Position numbers and translations under genes: made by a program | DNA from: Chloroflexota bacterium | GTDB taxonomy: Bacteria; Chloroflexota; UBA11872; VXNJ01 | Assembly (NCBI GenBank): GCA_965261345.1 | Contig: OZ253449.1 | Location: forward strand, 1,728,001-1,792,000 | Reading direction: 5' to 3' | DNA: 64,000 nt | The notes under the pieces: model-generated | What the model was told of the DNA's origin: nothing | The model's input: only the letters and a program-made list of their open reading frames with translations | Database searches by the model: none | Part shown: positions 18,861 to 29,326 of the stretch, one piece after another | Numbering within the stretch: the first letter of the stretch is position 1 | Layout: each line of letters opens with the position of its first letter

Positions 18861-20332
18861 CAGTAGGCCCCCTCCCCTTTGAGCACCGCCGGAATCGTGC
18901 GCAGCAGGATTTTGAGGTCGAGACCCGGCGACCAGTGTCCTACGTAATAGGTGTCGAGCATGATCATTTCCTCAAAGCCCAAGTTCGAGCGTCCGCTGAC
19001 CTGCCAGAGTCCGGTAATCCCTGGTGCGGCCAGCAGACGGTTGAAGGCAAATTCATCGTATGCGAGCACTTCGTCGGGGATCTGCGCGCGCGGCCCCACC
19101 AGGCTCATCTCCCCCCGCAACACGTTAAGCAGTTGCGGCAGTTCGTCCAGCGAGGTCTTGCGCAGCCAGCGCCCGACCCGGGTGACCCGCGGATCGTGGC
19201 GTGGTTTGAAGAGAGCCTGATTGCGAGCCTCGGGGAATACGTCGTAACGCGCCTGCGGGGCTCCCTGGACCATCGAACGGAACTTTAGCATCCGGAACAT
19301 CTCCCGACCGCGACCCACCCGCTGCTGTCCAAAGAGCGCCGGGCCGGCCGAGTCGAGCCGTATGGCGATCGCGGTCGCGGCCAGGACTGGGCTAAGCAGC
19401 ACCAGTGCGGTCGCGGCCAGGGCGATATCTAGACCGCGCTTTAGGGCCGCGTTGAATCCGGTTATCTGGTTCCGCGATATCGTAAGCAACGGAATTCCGG
19501 CCACCGCTTCGGTCCTGACCTGCCCCGCCTGGAGGGCCAACAAGTCGGGTACCAGGGTGAATCTGAGCACGCGTCGACGGCAAATTTCGATCAGTTCGTT
19601 AACGTGCGAACTATCTTCCAGCGGTAGGGCGATTACCAAACGATCGGCCGCATGGGCATCCAACACGGCCTCGATCGATGCCAGCCCGCCGAGCCGGTCA
19701 AAGCGGCCGAAATTGCGCGGATTATCTTCGGAATGATCGACGAAACCGACCATTACCATGCCGGCGCCGGCGTTTCCGCGGATCTGCTGCATGAGCATCT
19801 TGGCCAGGGTTCCGCGCCCGATCACGATCACCCGCTCGCAACCGATGCCGCGTCGAAAGCGGGATACGTACCAGCGGTGCACCAGCAGTCGCAGCAGCGC
19901 CACGATCAGCACCGTGGCCACCCCGAGATAGGCGAACATGAGTCGCGACGAAGGAGGGAAGGCCTCGCGCACCAGGTAGGAGGCAACGATCACCGCCGCC
20001 TCTGCCAGCAATCCGGCCAGGATGATCTTGCCGATCTGGTCCAACCAGGAACTTAGCGCCGCCCGGCGGTAGAGACCAAAGGCTGCCAGCGCGGCCAGCA
20101 TGGCACCTCCGAATACGAGCCCGACGAGGCCGAAATCGATTAGCGGAACATACAACCCGGGGGAAATCGCCCCGCCGAGTTCCAACTCGTAGCGCAGGCC
20201 GAAAGCCAGTAGCCAGGCTATCGCCACCGCGGACAGGTCCAGTCCCGGCAGCATCTTCTGGCGCCGCAGCAGACGGCGCTCAATATGGGCCGGCCCGCGG
20301 CCACCGTCGGTGCCCGGTGACGTCGGAATCAG
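18860..20332 (-). CDS. Polyprenyl-phosphate sugar phosphotransferase (WcaJ/CpsE-type priming transferase); start uncertain (CTG 20332 or ATG 20254)
   Basis: [54 protein letters not shown]. Confidence 0.92.
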   Translation of the reverse strand: MIPTSPGTDGGRGPAHIERRLLRRQKMLPGLDLSAVAIAWLLAFGLRYELELGGAISPGLYVPLIDFGLVGLVFGGAMLAALAAFGLYRRAALSSWLDQIGKIILAGLLAEAAVIVASYLVREAFPPSSRLMFAYLGVATVLIVALLRLLVHRWYVSRFRRGIGCERVIVIGRGTLAKMLMQQIRGNAGAGMVMVGFVDHSEDNPRNFGRFDRLGGLASIEAVLDAHAADRLVIALPLEDSSHVNELIEICRRRVLRFTLVPDLLALQAGQVRTEAVAGIPLLTISRNQITGFNAALKRGLDIALAATALVLLSPVLAATAIAIRLDSAGPALFGQQRVGRGREMFRMLKFRSMVQGAPQARYDVFPEARNQALFKPRHDPRVTRVGRWLRKTSLDELPQLLNVLRGEMSLVGPRAQIPDEVLAYDEFAFNRLLAAPGITGLWQVSGRSNLGFEEMIMLDTYYVGHWSPGLDLKILLRTIPAVLKGEGAY

Positions 20333-21474
20333 GTCTCCAGGGCCCGTTGGTAGGCCAACAGCGCCCCCTGCGCGGTTTTCTGCCAGGTAAAGCGCCGGGC
20401 CTGGAGTGGGCCCTGTGCTCGTAGGGTTGCGGCGGTCGACGGGTCGTTGCAAATCTGGACTAGGGCGGCGGTAATTGAATCAATGTTATTGGGGTCAAAT
20501 AGGATTCCGGCGTTGCCCAAAACCTCGGGCAGGGACGAGGAATTGGCCGCCGCAACCGGGGTCCCGCAGGCTAAGGCTTCCAAGACCGGCAGTCCGAACC
20601 CCTCGTAGATGGACGGATAGACGAACGCTTCGGCGGCCGAATACCACATCTGCTTTTCATGTTCGGCAACATACCCCGGGACGATGACCCGATCGGCGAC
20701 GCCGGCGTTACGGGCAAGCGCGCTCAGATCGATATCGCCCCATCCGCGGCCGCCGGCGAGCACCAGCCAACCCGGGTAGCCCTGCCGGCGCATCCGGGCA
20801 AAGGCCGAAATCAGGCGGGCCAGGTTCTTGCGCGGTTCGATGGTTCCCAGGAACAGCAGGAAACGCTCAGGCAGCTCCCGATCGCGCCTAAAACGGGCCA
20901 GTTCCGCCGGGTCGCTAACTTCCGCGAGGCCGTCCGCCAATCCCGGATAGGCAACTATTAGGCGCTCGTTGCCGATTCCAAAATGGGTGGCGACGTCCTT
21001 CCCGGTGGCCCGTGAGTCGACCAGGATTGCCGATGCCCGCCTGGCCGACCGGGCGCACGCGACTCTCAGGTAGGCGCGGCGTCTCCAGGGATGGGCATGC
21101 GGCGTGGCGATAAACGAAAGATCGTGGATGGTAAGTACCTGCCGACAGCGAGATAGCTGCGGGGAGACGTTGAGCAGACCGTGCAGGATCTGGACGCCGG
21201 CTCTATTTGCCGCCAGTGGCAGACCGGTTTGCTCCCATCCGATCCGCAGCCAGGGTTGGCTGCCGGGAAAAGGCGAGCGGATGAGTCTGGCTGAGCCGAG
21301 TTCGGGCAGGATCCGGGCGTCAAAGTCGGTGTTGCAGAAAACGACGTAATCATGTTCATCCGAATGCCCGCCGAGCAGTTGGGCGATCAGATTGCGGGCA
21401 TAGACGCTGACGCCGGCGTTGCGGTAGCCTTCGTTCGAATGCATGCAGGTGGCGTCGAGCCCGATTACTGCCAA
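20329..21474 (-). CDS. Glycosyltransferase family 4
   Basis: TIHDLSF, GTIEPRKN, YPSIYEGFGLPVLEALACG. Confidence 0.93.
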   Translation of the reverse strand: MAVIGLDATCMHSNEGYRNAGVSVYARNLIAQLLGGHSDEHDYVVFCNTDFDARILPELGSARLIRSPFPGSQPWLRIGWEQTGLPLAANRAGVQILHGLLNVSPQLSRCRQVLTIHDLSFIATPHAHPWRRRAYLRVACARSARRASAILVDSRATGKDVATHFGIGNERLIVAYPGLADGLAEVSDPAELARFRRDRELPERFLLFLGTIEPRKNLARLISAFARMRRQGYPGWLVLAGGRGWGDIDLSALARNAGVADRVIVPGYVAEHEKQMWYSAAEAFVYPSIYEGFGLPVLEALACGTPVAAANSSSLPEVLGNAGILFDPNNIDSITAALVQICNDPSTAATLRAQGPLQARRFTWQKTAQGALLAYQRALET

Positions 21475-21524
21475 TGGCGAACGCGGTTGGCTCGGACCCG
21501 GGCCAATGGGTTTGCGGGAATGGC

Positions 21525-21555
21525 AAAGAGGCTGGGGTTATTGGCCCCAGCCTCT
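21525..21555 (-). terminator. Probable intrinsic terminator of the sugar ABC operon
   Basis: 11-bp stem AGAGGCTGGGG/CCCCAGCCTCT with 7-nt loop and a short T run on the minus strand, 30 nt after the ATPase stop. Confidence 0.65.
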
Positions 21556-21584
21556 GTTAAGAGCGTTGGTTAACGCCTATCTGC

Positions 21585-22712
<1,128 letters not shown>

Positions 22713-22938
22713 AAGCGATCAACACCCTTTCTGTCCGACGCATTAGCCGTCGGACCTTGTTGGATCGGAAACGCCCAGGGCAGACTACCGATCCGGCAAA
22801 ACCAGAACTGTTCGGCAAAAACCGTGCCTTGCCAGCAGAGGCGATTACTCACCCCTTAGCAATTAGCTTAAACCAGCAAGGATCTGGACCGGGCCCACAA
22901 ACCAATCCCGGCCCGGCCGATGCTTGCCTCGGTTCGCT

Positions 22939-23775
22939 TCAGCCGGTCACCGCCCCGGCGGTCAAACCGGCCGCCATCCGGCGTTGCACCAGCAACGCAA
23001 ATATCATCACCGGCAGCACCACCATGGTCCCGGCGGCATGCAGTTCGCCCCAGGAGACCTGCTCGACCCCGACGAAGTTGAAGACGCTGATCGGGGCGGT
23101 ACGGGCGGTGGCGCCGGCCAGTGAGAAGGCGAATAGAAATTCGTTCCAGGAAAAAATAAGCAGCAGGATGGCGGTGGCGGCAATTCCCGGGGCGGCCAAC
23201 GGGAGGACGATCCGCACGATCAATTGCGCCCTGGTGCAGCCGTCGACTAAGGCGGCCTCTTCCAGTTCCAACGGAATTTCGGCGATGAATTCGCGCAGCA
23301 TCCATACCGCGATCGAAAGATTGAGTTGCACGTAGACCAGGATCAGGCCGTGCAATGTGTCCATGAGCCCAAAGCGGGTCCAGAGGAAAAAGAATGGCAG
23401 CAGCATCGCGATTGGGGGGATCGCTCGCGGCAGCAGCAGAAACAGGCTAAATGCCCGCTTGCCACGGAAGTTGTAACGGGCCAGCACGTAACCGGCCGGG
23501 ATCGAGACCACCAGGGCGACGATCACCGAACCGATTGAGACAATGATCGAATTGACGAAAAACCGGGTAAACGGCTGCTGGGTGCCGGCGATGACATGGC
23601 CGTAGTGTTCAAACGTGGGGGCGAAGTTGATCAACTTGGGAACCAGCGTGAACGCGTCGGTCTGGTGTTTGATCGAGGTAATTAGCACCAGGTACATCGG
23701 CAGAACCGCCCATACGAACACGACCAGCAGGCCAAAGTAGACCAGGCCATCGACGATTCGGCGTCGGGTTCGCAT
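22939..23775 (-). CDS. Carbohydrate ABC transporter permease (MalG-like)
   Basis: EAA loop ELEEAALVDG, WNEFLFA, C-terminal GLTAGAVTG. Confidence 0.93.
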   Translation of the reverse strand: MRTRRRIVDGLVYFGLLVVFVWAVLPMYLVLITSIKHQTDAFTLVPKLINFAPTFEHYGHVIAGTQQPFTRFFVNSIIVSIGSVIVALVVSIPAGYVLARYNFRGKRAFSLFLLLPRAIPPIAMLLPFFFLWTRFGLMDTLHGLILVYVQLNLSIAVWMLREFIAEIPLELEEAALVDGCTRAQLIVRIVLPLAAPGIAATAILLLIFSWNEFLFAFSLAGATARTAPISVFNFVGVEQVSWGELHAAGTMVVLPVMIFALLVQRRMAAGLTAGAVTG

Positions 23776-23795
23776 CTAACCGTTAGATTTCATGG

Positions 23796-24686
23796 TCAGT
23801 AGCCCGCCCCGCGGCTGGCGCTCAGGGCTCGCGTGAATGCGGCGATGATGACGATCGAAAACATCGTCATCGCCAGTCCGGTGGCTGCCGCACCGCCGAA
23901 GTTCGAATACGAAAACATCGTCTCGTAGATGTAGATCGGCAGGGTCATCGTAACCCGTCCGGGTCCGCCCTGGGTCATTACGTAGATCATGTCGAAGGTG
24001 CGGAACGCATCGAGCATGCGCAGCATACCTGCAACCAGCAGCACCGGCATGATCATCGGCAGGACCACGAAGCGGAACCTTTGCCAGGCGTTGGCGCCGT
24101 CGATGTGCGAGGCCTCCAGCGGTTCGACCGGGACCGAGAGCAGGCCGGCGAAAATGATGATCGTAACAAACGGGGTCCAGTGCCAGATATCGACTAGCAC
24201 CACCCCTAGGATGGCCATATTCACGTCGCTTAGGATTGCCACCCGGCCCAGGCCGAAAGTGTCAAACAGAAAGCCGGCCAGGCCCCAGTTGGGGTCGTAT
24301 ATGAGGGTCTTGAAGGTGAGGGCCGAGACCACCGGGGTCATGACCATCGGCAAAAGCAGGGCCACCCGGAAAAAACTGCTGCCGCGCAATCGGCGGGTGA
24401 GCATGATGGCGATCAGCAGGCCCAGCAGCATCTGGGCGGTCACCGAACCGAAGGTAAATGTTGCCGAACGGACCACCGCGTTCGTGAAGTTGGCGTCGCC
24501 GAGCAGAAAGTCGAAATTGCTGAGCCCGATCCAACGCGGATCCTCGATCCCGCCGCGCCAAAAAGCAAACGCCAGGAAGAGATTTAGCAGCATCGGGGAA
24601 ACTGTTAGCACGATCAGCACCAACAGGGCTGGTGAGAGTCCGATGCCAAGCGATATAGACCGTCCGCCGATCTTGGGCAGAGCCAT
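23796..24686 (-). CDS. Carbohydrate ABC transporter permease (MalF-like)
   Basis: WIGLSNF, DIWHWTPF, EASHIDGA, FD.IYVMTQGGPG. Confidence 0.93.
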   Translation of the reverse strand: MALPKIGGRSISLGIGLSPALLVLIVLTVSPMLLNLFLAFAFWRGGIEDPRWIGLSNFDFLLGDANFTNAVVRSATFTFGSVTAQMLLGLLIAIMLTRRLRGSSFFRVALLLPMVMTPVVSALTFKTLIYDPNWGLAGFLFDTFGLGRVAILSDVNMAILGVVLVDIWHWTPFVTIIIFAGLLSVPVEPLEASHIDGANAWQRFRFVVLPMIMPVLLVAGMLRMLDAFRTFDMIYVMTQGGPGRVTMTLPIYIYETMFSYSNFGGAAATGLAMTMFSIVIIAAFTRALSASRGAGY

Positions 24687-24768
24687 GGGTACTAGGCGAT
24701 TCCGGCCGGCGGCGCGCTAGCGGGCACCCAGATTTCCCAAGTCCAAGCGGCGCAATTTTTGAAGCGCG

Positions 24769-24796
24769 GCGCCCGACCGCGATCGCGGTCGGGCGC
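24769..24796. repeat. Perfect 28-bp palindrome between the solute-binding protein and first permease genes
   Basis: GCGCCCGACCGCGA|TCGCGGTCGGGCGC. Confidence 0.8.
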
Positions 24797-24811
24797 TATT
24801 GCCAAGGCGAT

Positions 24812-26299
24812 TTATGAGTAGTAACCAGCACCCTCTAGTAGGTTGGTTACCGCGGCGGCCGAGGCCGCGCTGCCATCTTCGACCGATTTCTCGCCGGCGA
24901 TCATCGAGGACACCTCGATTCCCTGGATCCGCAGGATGTCCTGCGCCTCGGGGATCGGGCGCCCGTTGACCGAAGTTACCAGGTAATCGGGCCGGGCGGT
25001 GGAGATGCCGTGTCCAAAGACGACCGGCCACTGGCCGAAGTTCTTGGAATTGACAACGTCCTGCCAGACCTTCTGCTGGGTCACCCAGTTGCGAGCAGTT
25101 ACCCAGCGCAGCAGGGCAAAGCGCAGGGCGGTCAGCTTGGAGCTGGCCCATTGCATGTAGAGCCAGGCCGGATCCTTGCGTTCGGAGAAGTTGTTCATGC
25201 AGACCGTCCAGGTCCAGAACCCATGTTCGCCCTTCTCACCCGGATTGACGCCCGGCAGGTAGGTCACTCCGACCTTGCCCACGATCGAGGACGTATCGGG
25301 GTTTTCAAATGCCGGGGTGAACCCGAAGGTATCGGGCAACATGCCCGAGATCCCACCGGAGAAGTCTTCGAGGACATCCCGCCAGATCTTGGTTGAAGAC
25401 CCCGGCGGACCGTACTTGGTTACCAGGTCGACGTACTTCTGGGTTCCGGCAATGCTCTCGGGCGAATCGACGATGGATTCCCAGCTATCGCTGAGGTAAC
25501 CGCCGCCATAGGTATACGGAAATGCCGGGTACATGATCTGCAGGAACCCGCCGCGCAGCGAGATCCCGTAGAAATTGTTATCCGGATCGTTGAGCCTGGC
25601 CGCCGTTTCCTCCAGCTCGTCCATGGTGGTCGGCAGGTCGGTGATTCCCTTTTCCTCGAAAATGTCGGCTCGGTAGAAAGTGCCGTGCGAGACTGCGTCG
25701 AACGGGAGCGCGCCAATTTCGCTGCCCGCGGTTACCGCCCCGCGGACTGAGGGGTGAACATCTTCCCAGTCATACCACTCAATGTCGGTGTAGGCGGGGT
25801 CGTTGAGGTATCCGCTCAGATCCTGGATCAGACCGCCGTCCAGCCAACGCGGGATGTTGAAGGCGGCCGACCAGAACAGGTCGTAGTTGGTCGAACGCGA
25901 GGTGAGTTCAAGGTTGGTCTTGTCAAACAGCTGGGTCTCGCCGAGCAGCTCGTAATTTAGCTTGATCCCGGTTAGCTCCTCAAACTCCTCGGAAAGGCCC
26001 TGCTGCCAGGCGGTGACAAATCCGTTGACGCCAAGAATGTTGATCTGCGATCCCGCATATCGCGTCCAGTCAAGCGATGCCGCCTCGTAGGAGACGTCAG
26101 CCGAACCCTCGACCGCCCGGGCGGCCTCGACCTCGACTAGCTGGGTGACAATCTTTTCAACTTCAATCGTCGTTACTTTTTCAACCTCGACGGTAACGAT
26201 CTTTTCGACGGTTTCGCCGCAGGCGGCCAGGATCGCGGCCGCGCCAGCAGCGAGCCCGGCACCAAGAAATCGTCGTCGGCTAATTGCTGACCTGTCCAC
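24812..26299 (-). CDS. Sugar ABC solute-binding lipoprotein (family 1), Tat-exported
   Basis: SRRRFL Tat motif, LAAC lipobox, VEKIVTVEVEKV repeats, FEELTGI, FYRADIF, PTT.DEL. Confidence 0.9.
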   Translation of the reverse strand: MDRSAISRRRFLGAGLAAGAAAILAACGETVEKIVTVEVEKVTTIEVEKIVTQLVEVEAARAVEGSADVSYEAASLDWTRYAGSQINILGVNGFVTAWQQGLSEEFEELTGIKLNYELLGETQLFDKTNLELTSRSTNYDLFWSAAFNIPRWLDGGLIQDLSGYLNDPAYTDIEWYDWEDVHPSVRGAVTAGSEIGALPFDAVSHGTFYRADIFEEKGITDLPTTMDELEETAARLNDPDNNFYGISLRGGFLQIMYPAFPYTYGGGYLSDSWESIVDSPESIAGTQKYVDLVTKYGPPGSSTKIWRDVLEDFSGGISGMLPDTFGFTPAFENPDTSSIVGKVGVTYLPGVNPGEKGEHGFWTWTVCMNNFSERKDPAWLYMQWASSKLTALRFALLRWVTARNWVTQQKVWQDVVNSKNFGQWPVVFGHGISTARPDYLVTSVNGRPIPEAQDILRIQGIEVSSMIAGEKSVEDGSAASAAAVTNLLEGAGYYS

Positions 26300-26549
26300 A
26301 CAGAACCCCCATATACGCAGAATTCAAGTAACCCCAGCAGCCATTCTATTTTCAAAAAAGGGGCGAATCGGTCAATTGACGCAGTGCCTGATCGGTAGGC
26401 GGCGGGCAATTTCCGGGCGGCCGGAAAATTGCGTACCGCGACTGCGCCCAAGCTGCCGATCAGCGCGTTACCAATTCGGCGGGCGGGCCGAATAGCCTTA
26501 AATTGACTAGGCCAATCTGGACAACTTTGGCTGATCTTCGGTTGAACAT

Positions 26550-27011
26550 TTGAGGTTCCAGCGCATGGTTGATCACTTCCTGGTGGAAGCTGGCAAACTG
26601 GGCGGCGGCGGCCACCCGGAGCGCGGCGGTGAGTTGGCCGAGCAACTGGCCGGGCTAAGGCTACTAGGTTACGGGGCGGTGCTAACCCTGACCCAGCAGC
26701 CGCTTGATCCCGCGGCGCTGGCCGCGGCCGGACTTACGGGCCTGCATTTACCGATTGTCAATTCGGCCGCACCTACACGCGGCCAGGTCGACCAAGCCGT
26801 CCAATTCGTTAGCGGGTGCAACCGCCGTAACAAGGCGGTATTCGTGCATTGTTTTGCCGGATACGGCAGGACCGGAGTGGTGTTGGCGGCGATATTGATC
26901 GGCAATGGAAACACAGTTGCCGATGCCGTGGCGCGGGTTCGCAACCTTCGGCCCGGATCGATCGAATCGGCCGCGCAGATGGAGTTTCTGGTTTCGCTAG
27001 CGGCGTCCTAA
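26550..27011 (+). CDS. Dual-specificity/tyrosine protein phosphatase
   Basis: CX5R motif VHCFAGYGRTG; RPGSIES..Q. Confidence 0.88.
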   Translation: MRFQRMVDHFLVEAGKLGGGGHPERGGELAEQLAGLRLLGYGAVLTLTQQPLDPAALAAAGLTGLHLPIVNSAAPTRGQVDQAVQFVSGCNRRNKAVFVHCFAGYGRTGVVLAAILIGNGNTVADAVARVRNLRPGSIESAAQMEFLVSLAAS

Positions 27012-27214
27012 AGACCGGCCGCCGCGCCACCATTTAACGATCGGTAATTTCCGATCGATTCTGGCGTGAACGGCGTTTTGGTCCCCGCGGGAAGCTCGCG
27101 GCCCGGCCGCCTCCGGCCGGCCGTTTCAAATCGGTGGCCGAACTTGCCGCCGGTTGCTGGCAACCGCGAGAACCGAGCAGCAGCCGCGGCGCGTCGGGTT
27201 CGCGCGGGCGCTGG

Positions 27215-28000
27215 TTATTTGGCCACGAAGATCGGATGCTCGATCGGCAAATCGTTCTGCCGCGACCACTCGTGCCACGAGCCGAAGTAGTTGCGGAAAT
27301 TGGAATAGCCAGCGCGCTGCAGCCCGACGTAGCCGCAGGCCGAACGAGCTCCGCCATTGCAATAGACGATCACTTCCTTGTCTCGGCTGATCTCCCGATG
27401 GGAAAATTCGGCCGCGATTTCGCGTTCGGTGCGCATTCGGCCGTCGGGACCGATCAGCATCTCCCAGTTCATCCAGATTGCGCCCGGTATGTGGCCGTGG
27501 CGGGGATTGTCCCGCGAATCGGTTCCGTCGTATTCGTCGATCGTGCGCATGTCTATGACCTGCGTTGCGCCGCTTTTTATCCGCTCGCGGATGTAATCGG
27601 CAGTGGCCAGAACCTGCTGGCGCGGATTGGGCGAGAGATTTCCGCCGCCGGGCAGCGGCCGGTGTTCGACCTCAATCAGCTTGCCGAAATCTGCCCAATT
27701 TCGGTATCCGCCATCAAGAATGAAGGCCCGGCGGTGCCCCAAATAGTCGAGCATCCAATAGGCCCGGCAGGCGGCATAACCGGTAAACGCCTGATAGAGC
27801 ACCACGGTCGTGTCGTTGTCAACGCCGGCCGATCGAAACATTTCAACCAAAGTGCGAGTCGCAGTGACGCGTTGCTCTTCGTTTCGGATTATGGGGTGGT
27901 AGGCGCTCACGTTTAGGTTGACCGCATCGGGGACGTGGCCGCGGGCATAATCCTCGGGCGAACGCAGGTCCAGGATCGCCAACTTGCGATCGGTTTCCAT
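27215..28000 (-). CDS. Tandem-domain rhodanese / sulfurtransferase (SseA-like)
   Basis: GHVPDA, LDGG, GHIPGA, active loop YCNGGARS, YFGSWHEW; ATG 28000. Confidence 0.9.
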   Translation of the reverse strand: METDRKLAILDLRSPEDYARGHVPDAVNLNVSAYHPIIRNEEQRVTATRTLVEMFRSAGVDNDTTVVLYQAFTGYAACRAYWMLDYLGHRRAFILDGGYRNWADFGKLIEVEHRPLPGGGNLSPNPRQQVLATADYIRERIKSGATQVIDMRTIDEYDGTDSRDNPRHGHIPGAIWMNWEMLIGPDGRMRTEREIAAEFSHREISRDKEVIVYCNGGARSACGYVGLQRAGYSNFRNYFGSWHEWSRQNDLPIEHPIFVAK

Positions 28001-28117
28001 CCAAATAGTCAATTCATCAGGTTGACATAACATTAGTTTGCCGACATCCAGAGCGATTAAGGTTAGGGGCCAATGATTAGCGCAACATTGTATGAACGTG
28101 GCCCCCTCCGGTAGGCT

Positions 28118-28834
28118 TTGAATCTGATCGCCGATGACCGCCCCGCGGTCCTTGCCGCAGTCTGCCTGGATGGATTTGGCACCCTTTTCCACCTGGGCGA
28201 TGGATCGCCCGCCCGGGCCGTGGCGCGACGGCTGGGCGAGCTTGGATATTCCGGCGGAGTTGAGCCGGTGGCCGCCGGACTGCGGCTGGAGTATCCGTAC
28301 TACCGCGCCCGCCACAAATTCGTCGCCACCCCGCGGCAGCTGGAGTTGCTGCAGGCCGAATGCGGCCAGATCGTAATCGATCAGTTGGGCCCATCCGGTG
28401 CCGGCTTGGCCGCGCCGGCGGTTGGCCGGGCGATCGCTCAAGCATTTCCGCCGAGGCTTTATCCGGAATCGATTGCGGCCATAAGCAGGATCAAAGCGGC
28501 CGGTTTGGAGGTCGGTGTGGTTTCCAATTTCAGCTACCTGTTGATCGCAACGTTGCGGCAATTGGGGATCGCCGAAATGTTTGATTTCGTGGTTGTGTCA
28601 GCGCTTTGCAATTTCGCCAAACCCGACCCCCAGATCTTTGCGATTGCCGCCCGCAAGGCCGGTTGCCAACAATCGCGGATGGCTCACATTGGGAATTCCC
28701 ACGCAGAGGATTACCTAGGCGCCCGGGCCGCCGGGTTCTCGGCGGTCCTGCTGGAACGTTCCGGGCCAGAACACGTCGGCGAGCAGATTGCCAGCGCCGG
28801 CGACCTGCTCTCGGCGCTAGATCTTTTGCTCTAG
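28118..28834 (+). CDS. HAD-superfamily hydrolase (subfamily IA)
   Basis: LDGFGTL, VVSN, KPDPQIF, HIGNS...DY.GA..AG. Confidence 0.85.
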   Translation: MNLIADDRPAVLAAVCLDGFGTLFHLGDGSPARAVARRLGELGYSGGVEPVAAGLRLEYPYYRARHKFVATPRQLELLQAECGQIVIDQLGPSGAGLAAPAVGRAIAQAFPPRLYPESIAAISRIKAAGLEVGVVSNFSYLLIATLRQLGIAEMFDFVVVSALCNFAKPDPQIFAIAARKAGCQQSRMAHIGNSHAEDYLGARAAGFSAVLLERSGPEHVGEQIASAGDLLSALDLLL

Positions 28835-28875
28835 GTTCAAGCCGCCCGCCCCAGCCCCGCCGGGACCCTGGGGGT

Positions 28876-29325
28876 TTAGCCCGGAATCGAATTTAGGGTT
28901 TCGATCAGGCGAAGGCCGGCCTCGGCCGCCTGATAGCCGCGGTTGGTCTCATCGCCGCGGGTGCGTTCGCGAGCCTGTTGTTCGTTTTCAAGGGTCAGCA
29001 CGCCGAAGATCACCGGAACTCCGCTGTCGAGCCCGGCCTGCATTATTCCGCGCGCGCACTCACCGGCCACGTAGTCAAAGTGCGGAGTGTCCGAGCGAAT
29101 AATGCAGCCCAGCGAGATCACCGCAGCGTAGCGGCCCGAGGCCGCCAACGTCTTGGCCAGCAGCGGTAGTTCGAACGCCCCCGGAGCGTAAAAAACGGCG
29201 GTATCGGCCAATTCCGGTCCCGACCGCCAATTTTCAATTGCCGCCAGCGCCCCCGCTAGCAACTCCTCAGTAAATTGCCGGTGGTAGGCAGAAACTGCGA
29301 TCGCGATCCCCGCCGGCGTTCTCAT
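28876..29325 (-). CDS. ribH: 6,7-dimethyl-8-ribityllumazine synthase
   Basis: PGAFELP, LGCIIRSDTPHFDYV, PVIFGVLT. Confidence 0.95.
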   Translation of the reverse strand: MRTPAGIAIAVSAYHRQFTEELLAGALAAIENWRSGPELADTAVFYAPGAFELPLLAKTLAASGRYAAVISLGCIIRSDTPHFDYVAGECARGIMQAGLDSGVPVIFGVLTLENEQQARERTRGDETNRGYQAAEAGLRLIETLNSIPG

Positions 29326-29326
29326 C

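Noticed and set aside
26120-26215. Repeated sequence near the start of the solute-binding protein gene as a CRISPR or DNA repeat
   Set aside because: It is a degenerate in-frame VEKIVT peptide repeat with no constant repeat-spacer structure.
27215-28561. 448-aa extended rhodanese, and similar long N-extensions of ribD, coaE, rplS, mrp and acyP in the track
   Set aside because: The extensions overlap neighbouring genes and lack family motifs; starts were moved downstream.
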